DNA of 64,000 bases from an uncultured delta proteobacterium (GCA_963728565.1 CAVSLC010000010.1:256001-320000), one strand, 5' to 3'; positions 42,772-52,812 are shown, numbered from the stretch's first letter. The notes: generated by a model from the letters alone, not told the origin. Made by a program: numbers and translations.

Positions 42772-43581
42772 ATGGATGACGGACAGCTCCACTCCGCATC
42801 GAAACCTAGCGTTTCGGCAATCATCGTTTGTTACAACGAGGAAGAGAATATTGGCCGTTGTTTGAAGAGCTTGCGATGGTGCGATGAAATCGTTGTAGTA
42901 GATTCGTTCAGTACCGACCGTACGGTAGAGATCTGCCGGCAGTTCACGAATATTATCATCCAGCGCGAATGGGCGGGATATCGGGACCAAAAGGCTTTCG
43001 CCCATTCGAAAGCGACCAAAGATTGGGTGCTTATGATAGATTCCGACGAAGAAGTGACGCCGGAGCTACAAAACGAGATCCTTGAGCAATTAGCAGTCGC
43101 CGGCACGTTTTGCTCAGGATTCCTGCTGCCCCGGTTGGTGTTTTATCTAGACCGCTGGTGGCGCCGCGGCGGGTGGTATCCGGATTATGACGTTCGATTG
43201 TTTCGCCGAGAGCTTGCCACGTGGGGCGGGACCGATCCCCATGAAAAAATCATCGTCGACGGCCCGGTGCGCCGCCTGCGAAACCCGCTGCATCATTTCT
43301 CGTATCGGAATATCGATGACCATATCCAACGAATCAATCGGTTTACTTCCATTTCATCCAGAGAACTCCGCACGCAAGGTGAACGCTGGCGCCTGAGCGA
43401 TGCCTTGCTACGGCCGGCATTCAGATTCTTTCGTTCTTACTTCTTAAAGCGAGGTTTCATGGAAGGCTTTGCCGGCTTCCATGTGGCCGTCACTGCCGCC
43501 ATGTACGTCTTTTTGAAGTATGCTAAGCTCTGGGAACTTGAGCTGAAGGAGAAAAAGGAAGTTGGGCGGAAGCGGTCATAG
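42772..43581 (+). CDS. GT2 LPS beta-1,4-glucosyltransferase-like (WaaE/KdtX family)
   Basis: YNEEENI..CL.SL.WCDEIVVVDS.STD.T, IDSDE, GWYPD...RLF, HE, GF.EG..G. Confidence 0.88.
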   Translation: MDDGQLHSASKPSVSAIIVCYNEEENIGRCLKSLRWCDEIVVVDSFSTDRTVEICRQFTNIIIQREWAGYRDQKAFAHSKATKDWVLMIDSDEEVTPELQNEILEQLAVAGTFCSGFLLPRLVFYLDRWWRRGGWYPDYDVRLFRRELATWGGTDPHEKIIVDGPVRRLRNPLHHFSYRNIDDHIQRINRFTSISSRELRTQGERWRLSDALLRPAFRFFRSYFLKRGFMEGFAGFHVAVTAAMYVFLKYAKLWELELKEKKEVGRKRS

Positions 43582-44665
43582 CCGCTTGCTGAAAATTCTG
43601 CACATCGATCCTGAAAAAAATTGGGGAGGTGGGGAGGCGCAGGTGGTCGGTCTTCTGCAAAATCTTTCGCGCTGGGGCCACCGCAATGATCTTGCGACGC
43701 CTGCTGATGGTGAGTTATTTCAGCGCTCTATCGCGGGTGTCCGAAAAATTCCTCTTACCGTCCGCAACGATCTGGATATAAGAGCAGTTCCCGCGCTGCG
43801 GCGTCTCATTCGGCAGGAAAGATACGACATCGTCCATTTCCATACAAAGAGAGCGCATGCGCTCTCTTTGTGGCTGCCCCGAGGCGAGCGCAGGCCGAAG
43901 TACATTGTAACGCGACGCATGGACTACCCCGAGCCGAAAAATTTTTACACTCGGTACCTTTATAATCGCCGGGTAGATGGGGTTGTCGCCATTTCTCGTT
44001 CGGTTCTGGATTGTTTGTCGGAGGCGGGTGTCAATGGTCGCTCCATTCGTTTGATCTATAGCGGCATCGATCCACAGCCGTTCAGAGACCTGCCAAGCGA
44101 CGAGCAGCGCGCCAACGATTCAGCAGTCATTGCAATGCTTGCGGTTTTGGAAGAGCGAAAAGGACATCGGTTCCTGTTGGATGCGGCGCGAGTGCTTAAA
44201 GATCGGGGTCGAAGAATTCGATATGTATTCGCCGGCGACGGCTCTCAAAAAGGTCAGCTTCAAAGGATGGTGCAGACATTAGGATTGCGAGAGGAAGTAT
44301 CTTTTGTTGGCTTCGTTAAAGATGTTCCGAAATTTTTGTCTTCAATCGACGTTCTGGTGCTGCCTTCATTGTATGAAGGCTTAGGCGTGGCGGCGCTTGA
44401 AGGAATGGCTGCGGGAAAGCCGGTGGTAGCAACTCGGGTCGGCGGCCTAGCCGAATCGATTGTCGATGGCGAGACCGGATTCTTGGTGCCGCCCCGAGAT
44501 GGCGTTGCGCTTGCGGATGCTATCGAAAGACTAGTTGCCGATCCCTCCATGGCACGAGCAATGGGACGGAAAGGGGCAGCGCGGGTTTTGAGTAATTTCA
44601 CCATCGAGCAGATGGCAAGCCAGAACGAAGCCTTTTACTACGCATTGCTCGACGGCACGGCATAA
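43562..44665 (+). CDS. GT4 glycosyltransferase
   Basis: WGGGE.Q, RKGH, PS.YEGLG...LEGMAAGKPVV.T.VGG. Confidence 0.9.
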   Translation: MGGSGHSRLLKILHIDPEKNWGGGEAQVVGLLQNLSRWGHRNDLATPADGELFQRSIAGVRKIPLTVRNDLDIRAVPALRRLIRQERYDIVHFHTKRAHALSLWLPRGERRPKYIVTRRMDYPEPKNFYTRYLYNRRVDGVVAISRSVLDCLSEAGVNGRSIRLIYSGIDPQPFRDLPSDEQRANDSAVIAMLAVLEERKGHRFLLDAARVLKDRGRRIRYVFAGDGSQKGQLQRMVQTLGLREEVSFVGFVKDVPKFLSSIDVLVLPSLYEGLGVAALEGMAAGKPVVATRVGGLAESIVDGETGFLVPPRDGVALADAIERLVADPSMARAMGRKGAARVLSNFTIEQMASQNEAFYYALLDGTA

Positions 44666-44688
44666 AGGTGCCGGAGAGAGACCCGTCC

Positions 44689-45681
44689 ATGTTTGACAGC
44701 AAGCGATTAGCGGAGATCTTAAACAACTTTCGCAAAATACATTTACTTGTGGTCGGCGATCTCATGCTCGATCGCTTCATTTGGGGCGAGGTTGAGAGGC
44801 TTTCTCCCGAAGCGCCGGTGCCGGTATTGCGGGTATGTTCAGAGAGTTCGCGTCTGGGTGGCGCTGCCAACGTGGTCCACAACGTCAGAAGTTTGGGGGC
44901 GCAGGTGTCCGCGTGCGGGGTGGTGGGCGCGGACGGGGCGGGTAAAACGTTAGTCGCTGATCTCCAGCGCATTGGCGCATCCACTAGCGGGGTATTTGCC
45001 GATCGAGAGGTTAACAGCATTCAAAAAACACGAATCATCGCTCGTCCAAGTCATCAGCAAATCGTTCGTTTGGACCGTGAAAATCACACCGCAATCAGCG
45101 ATGCGACTCTCGCGAAAATCTGCCGGTTCATCATGAGGAAAGCGAGCCGCTTCGATGGAATCCTGGTGTCGGATTACGGTAAGGGAGTCATTCACCCAGA
45201 GTTGCTGAATTGTCTCGCCAGTCTCGCCGCAAACAAAAATATTCAGCTCGTTATCGACCCGAAGAGGGAAAACTATGAGCGCTATCAACACGCATCTTTG
45301 ATAACGCCCAACAAAGACGAAGCTAGCGCTGCATCGGGCGTAACCATTCGTGATGACCAGACCTTGACGATGGCTGGACAGCGCTTGCTACAGATGTGGC
45401 GCGCAAAAGCAGTTCTCATCACCCGGGGCCCGGAAGGAATGAGTCTTTTTAGGCGGCGCCAACCCGCGCAACATTTTCCAACTCAACCGCGCGAGGTTTT
45501 CGACGTCACCGGAGCCGGCGACACGGTAGTGGCAGTTTGCGCGCTGGCGCTGGCTGCCGGCGCCCGTTACGAAGAGGCGGCGGTGCTGGCTAATCATGCC
45601 GCTGGCTTGGTCGGTGATGAAGTCGGCACAGTCGCAGTGCCGTTGGCCAGACTCACTCGGATCATAAAGGACCTGCCATGA
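44689..45681 (+). CDS. rfaE1: D-glycero-beta-D-manno-heptose-7-phosphate kinase (RfaE domain I/HldA)
   Basis: GDLMLD, RLSPEAPVPV, GGAANV, SDYGKG, TPN..EA, VFDVTGAGDT. Confidence 0.95.
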   Translation: MFDSKRLAEILNNFRKIHLLVVGDLMLDRFIWGEVERLSPEAPVPVLRVCSESSRLGGAANVVHNVRSLGAQVSACGVVGADGAGKTLVADLQRIGASTSGVFADREVNSIQKTRIIARPSHQQIVRLDRENHTAISDATLAKICRFIMRKASRFDGILVSDYGKGVIHPELLNCLASLAANKNIQLVIDPKRENYERYQHASLITPNKDEASAASGVTIRDDQTLTMAGQRLLQMWRAKAVLITRGPEGMSLFRRRQPAQHFPTQPREVFDVTGAGDTVVAVCALALAAGARYEEAAVLANHAAGLVGDEVGTVAVPLARLTRIIKDLP

Positions 45682-46545
45682 AGAGCATGACGGGTTATGG
45701 CGAAGCTTCGCATCAGGACAAGCATGCGAAGATCACCGTCCAGGTGAGAAGCTTGAATCATAGACATCTCGATCTTCAGCTAAGAGTGCCCCGCGAATAT
45801 CTCGGCTTTCGAAGAGGAGATCCGCAAGAGCTTGCGGGAAACCGTCAGCCGCGGACGCATCGAGCTTTTCATTAACAGAACGTCGACGCCGGGTCATGCG
45901 CGAGAGGTTGAGCTGGATGAAGAGCTGCTTGGCAAGTATCTGAAGGCGATCCAGCGCGCCAAGAACAAGTTTCACCTGAAAGGTGAAATCGGAGTTTCGA
46001 TTTTCTCCAGCGTTCCCGATTTGCTACGTGTACGCGATACCGAAGTCAATCTGCGAATGGAAAAACAAGCGCTGTTCACCGCGGTCCGATCGGCGCTTCA
46101 AAAGCTCGAAGATTCCCGCATCCGTGAAGGACGTCACTTGAGGATCGATATGCAGTCGCAGCTGCGGCACTTGAAGAGCGCTGCCAGCGACTTGGAAAAG
46201 CATGCCAGTCAGTTTGCTCCATCGATGACGAAAAGCTCGGCGGCAGCAAAGAGCGACGAAGCAACAACCAAGCTCGGCAATGAAGCCATAGACACAATCA
46301 GTGCAGTGTTCAAAGGCGACATCAACGAGGAGGTGGTGCGGCTTAAAACACATACAGCTGCGTTAGGCACGATTCTGCGGGCGTCCGGAGCCGTAGGAAA
46401 AAAGATCGATTTCATTCTCCAGGAGATTCAGCGGGAGCTCAATACCATCAGCGCGAAAGTCCCTGTCCTTGACGTGGTTCAGTTGGTGCTGCAGGGAAAG
46501 GAACGAGTCGAAAAAATTCGCGAACAGACGCAGAACGTCGAATGA
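45678..46545 (+). CDS. yicC: YicC/YloC-family endoribonuclease (split by +1 frameshift near 45804)
   Basis: MKSMTGYG, RSLNHRHLD; REG..L, DINEEVVRL, GKKIDFI.QE..RE.NTI.AK, EKIREQ.QNVE. Confidence 0.92.
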
Positions 46546-47192
46546 AAACGAATCGGGTCATCAACAAACGCAAAGGCATCGTCTTCATTCTGTCGGCGCC
46601 TTCAGGAACGGGTAAAACTACCGTGATCAGCGAAGTGTTGGAACGATTCCCGGATATTTCTCTCTCCGTCTCCTATACCACGCGAGCGCCCCGAGCGGGA
46701 GAAGAGCATGGACGCGATTATCATTTCATCAGCCACGCCAGGTTTGTGGCGATGACGGCTAAAGGCGAATTCGCCGAATCGGCCAGCGTTCATGATTTCT
46801 TTTATGGCACCCCGGCGCGGACCTTGAATCGCGCAACGACCAGTGGCAGGGACCTGTTCCTGGACATCGATGTGCAGGGCGCCCGGCAGATCAAAAGAAA
46901 ATATCCTGAAGCGGTATCAATTTTCTTGCTGCCGCCGTCGTGGAGCGAACTGAAGCGGCGATTAGGCGGCCGTGCCACGGATGACCGTGCGATCATCCGC
47001 CGGCGCTTGGCCAATGCCCGGCGTGAAATCCAGGATGTAATTCAGTACGATTACTATATAGTCAATAGCGAGATCGAAGAAGCTGTGGGGACCTTGGAAG
47101 CGATTATTTTGGCCGAAAGGCAAAAGATTTCAAGGGTCACAGCTTGGGGAATCGCTCCTTTAAGGAGGCAAGCGAAAGTTCGTAACGTATGA
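46542..47192 (+). CDS. gmk: guanylate kinase
   Basis: SAPSGTGKTT, SVSYTTR.PR.GE.HG.DYHF, YGT, DIDVQGA. Confidence 0.97.
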   Translation: MKTNRVINKRKGIVFILSAPSGTGKTTVISEVLERFPDISLSVSYTTRAPRAGEEHGRDYHFISHARFVAMTAKGEFAESASVHDFFYGTPARTLNRATTSGRDLFLDIDVQGARQIKRKYPEAVSIFLLPPSWSELKRRLGGRATDDRAIIRRRLANARREIQDVIQYDYYIVNSEIEEAVGTLEAIILAERQKISRVTAWGIAPLRRQAKVRNV

Positions 47193-49402
47193 GTAAGGAA
47201 ATCAAAATTGGCGACGTGATCGAGAAGGTCCGGTCGTATCATCCCGCCGCTGACGTGGAGGTCATCCGCAAGGCCTACGAATTCTCCGCCAAAGTTCATC
47301 AGGGGCAGAAAAGAGCCTCAGGTGAGCCTTATTTAATTCACCCTCTGGCCGTAGCCAGCATCATCAGCGACTTGAAGCTCGATGAGCCCAGCATCGTCGG
47401 TGGTTTGCTGCATGACACGGTCGAGGATACCTTGACGACCCTCGATGAACTCAAGAGCATCTTCGGCAAGGAAATTACGGCTCTGGTTGACGGCGTCACC
47501 AAACTGAGCCGGACCAACTTTAGCAGCCGCGAAGAGAAGCAAGCGGAGAACTTTCGCAAGATGCTCGGCGCCATGGGGAAGGATGTTCGGGTCATTCTCA
47601 TCAAGCTCGCCGACCGAGTTCACAACATGCGCACGCTCGATCACATGCCGCCTGACAAGCAGATCCTGACCGCCCAAGAAAGTCTGGATATCTATGCGCC
47701 GATGGCGCATCGACTGGGCATCGCCTGGATCAAAACCGAACTGGAGGACTTGTCGCTCAAGTACCTGCATCCCGAGATCTATCATCAGCTTAAGCGCAAT
47801 GTCGCAAGGAAGAAAACCGACCGGGAAAAATATATCGAGGAAGTGATCTCAGTCATTGCGCGCAAACTCGAGTCCGAAGGGATCGAGGCCGATGTGACCG
47901 GCAGGCCCAAACACTTCTTCAGTATTTACCAGAAGATGGAGAGTCAGAATTTGCTCTACGATCAAATCTACGATCTGGTCGGGTTTCGGGTTCTAGTGGA
48001 CACTCCGAGAGAAGCTTACGAAGCATTGGGTATCATCCATTCGCATTGGCGTCCCGTTTCAGGGCGGTTTAAAGACTATATCGCGGTGCCTAAGCCGAAT
48101 ATGTATCAATCGCTGCACACCAGTGTGATCGGTCCATACGGTGAAAGAATGGAAATTCAAATCCGAACCCACGAAATGCATCGAGTGGCGGAAGAAGGCA
48201 TCGCAGCGCACTGGCGCTATAAAGAAGGAGAAGATTTCCACGTCAGCGACATACAACGATACACCTGGCTGCGTCAGCTGCTGGAATGGCAACAGAATCT
48301 GCAGGATCCGCAGGAATTTCTGCATAGCTTGAAGGATGATCTTTTTTCCGAAGGGCTTTATGTTTTTACGCCCAAAGGTGATTTGCTCAACTTTCCGAAG
48401 GGCTCGACGGTTATCGATTTCGCTTACCGCATTCACTCCGACATAGGGCTGCACTGCTCCGGAGCCAGGGTCAACGGCCAACTGGTTTCGTTAAAGTACA
48501 TTTTACGCAGCGGCGACACTGTCGAAATCATCACGACGCCTCAGCAGGTCCCGAGCCGGGACTGGTTGAAACTGGTCAAAACACCAAGAGCCAAATCCAA
48601 GATAAGAAATTGGCTTAAGGCGCAGCAGCGCGAGCGCAGCGTCGCCCTAGGGCGGGAAATTTTAGAGAGCGATCTGCATCGGCATGGCATGGATTACGGA
48701 GTCTTGAGAACCCAGGGAAAGCTGCAGGTTTTGCCCAAAGAGCTTGGCCTGAAGGATGAGGAGGCATTACTGGCGGCCCTGGGCTACGGCCGGATCACCG
48801 CGCGGCAGATTTTAGTAAAGCTTGTTCCACCGGAAAAACTCGAGCCCGCACACAAACAGCCTGAAAGTTCACTCGAACGGCTCTTCCGCCTGGCATCGGG
48901 AAAAATCAAGCATCTCGGTATTCGCGTCAAAGGGATCGACGACGTGCTGGTTCGGTTCGCTTTGTGCTGCCATCCGCTACCCGGAGAACACATCGTCGGC
49001 TTTATAACCCGCGGCAGGGGCGTCACCGTTCATACCGTCGGCTGCCCGACCATTCTTGAGAGCGATCCCCACCGCAAAATTGAGGTTACCTGGGAAGAAA
49101 ATGTTCAGGCGCCGCGGCCGGTGAAGATCGAAGTGAGTTGCGTGGATCAGCCCGGCCTGTTAGCCGCGATTAGCGCCGCGATCACCAGCGCCAAAGCCAA
49201 TATCGCCCGCGCTCAGATTCGAACGTTCACGGGACAAAAAGCAGTGAACACCTTCGAGGTCATGATCAAGAGCTCCGAGCACCTAAAACAGGTGCTGCAG
49301 AATATCTTGAAAGTTAAAGGAGTCTATAAAGCGGTTCGCGCGCGCGGTCGTACTGGCGGTACGCCCGAAAAAGATCACGCAGCCAAAGCAGAAGTTCAGT
49401 AA
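47189..49402 (+). CDS. relA: bifunctional (p)ppGpp synthetase/hydrolase Rel/SpoT
   Basis: HD hydrolase LLHDTVED, RFKDYI..PK.N.YQSLHT, EIQIRT, TGS, CC.PLPG, ACT. Confidence 0.96.
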   Translation: MSKEIKIGDVIEKVRSYHPAADVEVIRKAYEFSAKVHQGQKRASGEPYLIHPLAVASIISDLKLDEPSIVGGLLHDTVEDTLTTLDELKSIFGKEITALVDGVTKLSRTNFSSREEKQAENFRKMLGAMGKDVRVILIKLADRVHNMRTLDHMPPDKQILTAQESLDIYAPMAHRLGIAWIKTELEDLSLKYLHPEIYHQLKRNVARKKTDREKYIEEVISVIARKLESEGIEADVTGRPKHFFSIYQKMESQNLLYDQIYDLVGFRVLVDTPREAYEALGIIHSHWRPVSGRFKDYIAVPKPNMYQSLHTSVIGPYGERMEIQIRTHEMHRVAEEGIAAHWRYKEGEDFHVSDIQRYTWLRQLLEWQQNLQDPQEFLHSLKDDLFSEGLYVFTPKGDLLNFPKGSTVIDFAYRIHSDIGLHCSGARVNGQLVSLKYILRSGDTVEIITTPQQVPSRDWLKLVKTPRAKSKIRNWLKAQQRERSVALGREILESDLHRHGMDYGVLRTQGKLQVLPKELGLKDEEALLAALGYGRITARQILVKLVPPEKLEPAHKQPESSLERLFRLASGKIKHLGIRVKGIDDVLVRFALCCHPLPGEHIVGFITRGRGVTVHTVGCPTILESDPHRKIEVTWEENVQAPRPVKIEVSCVDQPGLLAAISAAITSAKANIARAQIRTFTGQKAVNTFEVMIKSSEHLKQVLQNILKVKGVYKAVRARGRTGGTPEKDHAAKAEVQ

Positions 49403-49420
49403 GGCCCGTATGTTTAAAAG

Positions 49421-49612
49421 TCAGGCGACTTTTTGAACCCGGCCTGAATGGATGCAATCGGTGCATACCAATGCGCGTTTAACTCGACCGTCAAAGTTGC
49501 CCTTGACCCGCTGCAAGTTCGGACGCCAGGTGCGCTTGGTTTTGTTGTTGGCGTGGCTGACACTGTTTCCGACCGAGCGACCTTTGCCGCATAGGGAGCA
49601 AATTCTAGCCAT
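49421..49612 (-). CDS. rpmB: 50S ribosomal protein L28 (Zn-binding type)
   Basis: [10 protein letters not shown]...[19 protein letters not shown]...VCTDC. Confidence 0.97.
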   Translation of the reverse strand: MARICSLCGKGRSVGNSVSHANNKTKRTWRPNLQRVKGNFDGRVKRALVCTDCIHSGRVQKVA

Positions 49613-50090
49613 CTGAGTTCTTTATCCTCTCGATTATTTCTGTTGTTGAAAAACCTTTCATATACGGAACGACCACTACTCTACCGCCTGCTTCTTCTAC
49701 CATGTCCGCGCCGATAATCTTCTCGGTGTTCCAATCCCCGCCTTTAACCAGCACATCGGGCCGTATGGCCGAGATCAGATTATGAGGGTCCGGCTCGTTA
49801 AATAGAACAACGAAGTCGACCATTTCCATCGCGCCTAATAACTCGCAGCGGTCCAATTCCGGCAGCACCGGACGCGTGGGTCCCTTGATCTGCTTGATCG
49901 ACTGATCGCTGTTGATGCCGACGATCAGCAAATCTGCGCAAGCTCTTGCTGCCCTTAAAACATGCACATGTCCTCGGTGAAGCAAATCGAAGCACCCATT
50001 GGTGAAAGCTACTTTCTTGCCGTTGGTGCGCGCGCCGACGACGATTGCCTTGACCTCATCAAGGCTTTTGAGCTTTCCCGACACACACAT
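49605..50090 (-). CDS. rfaE2: heptose 1-phosphate adenylyltransferase (RfaE domain II/HldC)
   Basis: [19 protein letters not shown]...[18 protein letters not shown]. Confidence 0.96.
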   Translation of the reverse strand: MCVSGKLKSLDEVKAIVVGARTNGKKVAFTNGCFDLLHRGHVHVLRAARACADLLIVGINSDQSIKQIKGPTRPVLPELDRCELLGAMEMVDFVVLFNEPDPHNLISAIRPDVLVKGGDWNTEKIIGADMVEEAGGRVVVVPYMKGFSTTEIIERIKNSDG

Positions 50091-50154
50091 TGGGTAGCAT
50101 GATCAGCCGTTGTTTTCAATTATAACTACTCGTGATTTCGACGTTATCGACTTC

Positions 50155-50183
50155 TTGACCGCTCTGGCAAATTTGGTTAAGGT
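50155..50183 (+). promoter_or_regulatory. sigma70 promoter of the UbiD gene
   Basis: TTGACC-17-TAAGGT; SD AGGAGG before ATG 50244. Confidence 0.55.
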
Positions 50184-50243
50184 CTGAGTTGCAAGCCCAA
50201 CGTCTTCATAGCTTTGTCTGCCGAGAAAACTTAGGAGGTATCA

Positions 50244-51683
50244 ATGGAATATCAGGATCTTAGGGATTGGATCCAAATTGCGGATGAAATGGGGGAACTC
50301 AAGACCCTCAAGGGTTGCGACTGGAACCTTGAGATCGGCGCCATCACCGAGCTCGTGGCCCACAAAGAAGACGGCCCGGCGGTGCTTTTCGAAGACATCA
50401 AAGGTTATCCCAAGGGCTACCGCGTACTTTCCAACTCGCTTTCGTCACGCAAGCGGCTGGCGCTCACACTAGGGCTTCCCCCGGGCGAGACCAAGATGGA
50501 TTTCGTCAAAATCTGGAAAGACAATTACAAAAGCATCAAGCCGGTCCCGGCAAAGTTTGTTAAGAAAAGCGCGCTGTTCGATAACGTCTACAAGGACGGC
50601 GATATCGACATGTTTAAATTTCCGACGCCATTTTGGCATGACAAAGACGGCGGTCGTTATATCGGCACTGGCAGCGTCGACATTACGCGCGATCCCGATG
50701 AGGGCTGGGTCAATTACGGCACTTACCGGGTGATGATCCACGACAAGAACAAGTTGGGATTTTACATCTCGCCCGGCAAGCACGGCCGCATTCAGCGGGA
50801 AAAGTACGCCGCCAACGGCAAGCCATTCAAGATCGCCATGTCGTTCGGGCATGATCCGCTAACTTTTCTCGCCGGCAGCATCGAAGTTCCGTACGGTGTG
50901 CCTGAGTATGAGTTTATTGGCGGGTTGCGCGGCGAACCCTTCGAAATGATCGAAGGCGAGTATTCCGGGCTGCCAATTCCGGCCAACGCCGAGATCGTGG
51001 TCGAGGGGGACGTTCATTTCGATAATCCGACGGTAGAAGGGCCGTTCGGCGAGTGGACCGGCTACTATGCCAGCGCGGAACGCGCCGAACCGTGGGTCGA
51101 GGTAAAGCGGCTTTATCATCGCAACGACCCGATCATTCTCGGTTCGCCTCCGGGGCGACCGCCCGCGGAGTTGGGATGGTACCGTTCGTACCTGCGGTCG
51201 GCTCTCATCTGGGATGAAATGGAAAAAGCCGGCGTGCCGGATGTAAAGGGTGTTTGGCTCACAGTTTCCGGCGGCAGCCGACTGATGATGTGTGTTTCCA
51301 TCAAGCAGCGCTATCCGGGCCATGCCAAACAGGCTGCCGTCATTGCATCGCAGTGTCATGCCGGCGCGTATCTTGGCCGCTTCGTCGTGGTCGTCGATGA
51401 CGATATCGATCCATCGAACACGGACGACATGATCTGGGCGATGTCGACTCGTTGCGAACCCGAGCAAGACATCGATATCCTGCGGCGCTGTTGGAGCGGC
51501 CCGCTCGATCCGGTGATTCACCCGACCAAGAAAGGCTTTAACTCTCGCGCAATCATCGATGCCACTCGACCCTATGAGTGGATGAAAGATTTCCCGCCGG
51601 TTGCCGAGTCGAGTAAGGAAGTTCTGGATGCGACGGCTAAGAAGTGGGGCGCCGAGCTGTTCAGCACCAACGGCAAGAAATAG
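50244..51683 (+). CDS. UbiD-family prFMN-dependent decarboxylase
   Basis: DGGRYI, N.GTYR, AEIVVEG, EGPFGEWTGYY, VVVDDDID. Confidence 0.95.
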   Translation: MEYQDLRDWIQIADEMGELKTLKGCDWNLEIGAITELVAHKEDGPAVLFEDIKGYPKGYRVLSNSLSSRKRLALTLGLPPGETKMDFVKIWKDNYKSIKPVPAKFVKKSALFDNVYKDGDIDMFKFPTPFWHDKDGGRYIGTGSVDITRDPDEGWVNYGTYRVMIHDKNKLGFYISPGKHGRIQREKYAANGKPFKIAMSFGHDPLTFLAGSIEVPYGVPEYEFIGGLRGEPFEMIEGEYSGLPIPANAEIVVEGDVHFDNPTVEGPFGEWTGYYASAERAEPWVEVKRLYHRNDPIILGSPPGRPPAELGWYRSYLRSALIWDEMEKAGVPDVKGVWLTVSGGSRLMMCVSIKQRYPGHAKQAAVIASQCHAGAYLGRFVVVVDDDIDPSNTDDMIWAMSTRCEPEQDIDILRRCWSGPLDPVIHPTKKGFNSRAIIDATRPYEWMKDFPPVAESSKEVLDATAKKWGAELFSTNGKK

Positions 51684-51704
51684 CAGCTAAATACTTCATC
51701 GAAG

Positions 51705-51747
51705 AGCAAGGGGCAAGTCGATTCATCGACTTGCCCCTTGCTGTTTT
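51705..51747 (+). terminator. intrinsic terminator after UbiD gene (possibly bidirectional)
   Basis: 18-bp inverted repeat AGCAAGGGGCAAGTCGAT/ATCGACTTGCCCCTTGCT followed by GTTTT. Confidence 0.8.
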
Positions 51748-51985
51748 GTGTTGCTGCTTTCGTGGATGTCCCTGCCGCAGGACGACTGGATGGGCTTTCA
51801 TTCCGCACGCATCCCTGTCGCAGCCGATGCCGCATAGCGGACAAGCCCGGGGGCTTCGACAGGTACGGCTTAGATTCCAGCTTGCTTACATTTCGTCGCC
51901 GGTGTGGTGACCGCGCGGCCATGTTGAGTGTCAGCAGTGATGTGGCGGTCAGCGGCGTAAAGCCATTGCGCCCGCGTCGCATGCT

Positions 51986-52336
51986 TTAACGGTGCGGTCT
52001 GAGCTGCTGGATTTCGTCCGCCGTTATCCTGCGTCTTGCGGTAGCGAGCGCGATTTCCGCTCTTTTCTCGGTGAGGTAAACCAGATGCTCGACTTCGTTG
52101 GCATCCTTTTCCTCGGCCCAAACGCGTTCAGCTTCTTCGAGAGTCGAACGGGTTTTTTCCAAAGCAACCGCGGCGCGCCCGGCGACTGCCGGGTCTCGCC
52201 GCACTTTTTCATAGGCATCTCGTGCTCGATCCAATGCCGGATTATGCACTGCGCCGCATGAGCCGGAAAGAATGGCCAGCACCGACAGCGTCGCTGCCCT
52301 TGCTCTCCAGTTGTGCACAGTATTCTTCGGACTCAT
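51986..52336 (-). CDS. DUF4398-like lipoprotein
   Basis: Lipobox-like SGSC; ALDRARDAY...A.VALE.....L..AE...VEHL.YL.E.RAEIA helical pattern. Confidence 0.75.
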   Translation of the reverse strand: MSPKNTVHNWRARAATLSVLAILSGSCGAVHNPALDRARDAYEKVRRDPAVAGRAAVALEKTRSTLEEAERVWAEEKDANEVEHLVYLTEKRAEIALATARRRITADEIQQLRPHR

Positions 52337-52812
52337 TATCGATTCCTTGACGTTTCCGTGGCCGATCCGCGCATTGCGTCGCCTTCGAGTTCCCGGCGAA
52401 GTACGTCGCCGCGCCGGCGAATGTAATCCGCAGCCAAGCGTGTAATCTCGGCTTCAGCCTTTGCTTCGGCAAGCTCCGCTTCTACGTCAGCGGCTTCGGC
52501 GAGACGGCGAGATTCGGTATTCCTCCCGGCAGCCATCGCTTTTCTGGCCTGTTCCAGTTTTTCTTTGGCTCTTTGCAGCTCCATCGGAGCGAGTTCGTCC
52601 GCCCGGGCCTCGGCAGCCGTGCGCAAGCTGAGTTCGGCCTTTGAAAAGGCTCCAACCGTGAGCATAGCCGTGCGTTCCGAGTTCAGAGGCAAGATGCTGC
52701 AGCCGAAAGATAGAAATGTCGCTGAAAAGATCAGGCATATGACGATCCAGAAGCGATGCTGTGCTTTTGCGCGCGGCAACACGCGCAAGTTGCTGTAAAC
52801 GATCATGCCCAT
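52336..52812 (-). CDS. DUF4398-like lipoprotein
   Basis: SFGC lipobox; A.ELAPMEL.RA.EKL..A..AM......RRLAE.A.VEAELAEAKA. Confidence 0.8.
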   Translation of the reverse strand: MGMIVYSNLRVLPRAKAQHRFWIVICLIFSATFLSFGCSILPLNSERTAMLTVGAFSKAELSLRTAAEARADELAPMELQRAKEKLEQARKAMAAGRNTESRRLAEAADVEAELAEAKAEAEITRLAADYIRRRGDVLRRELEGDAMRGSATETSRNR

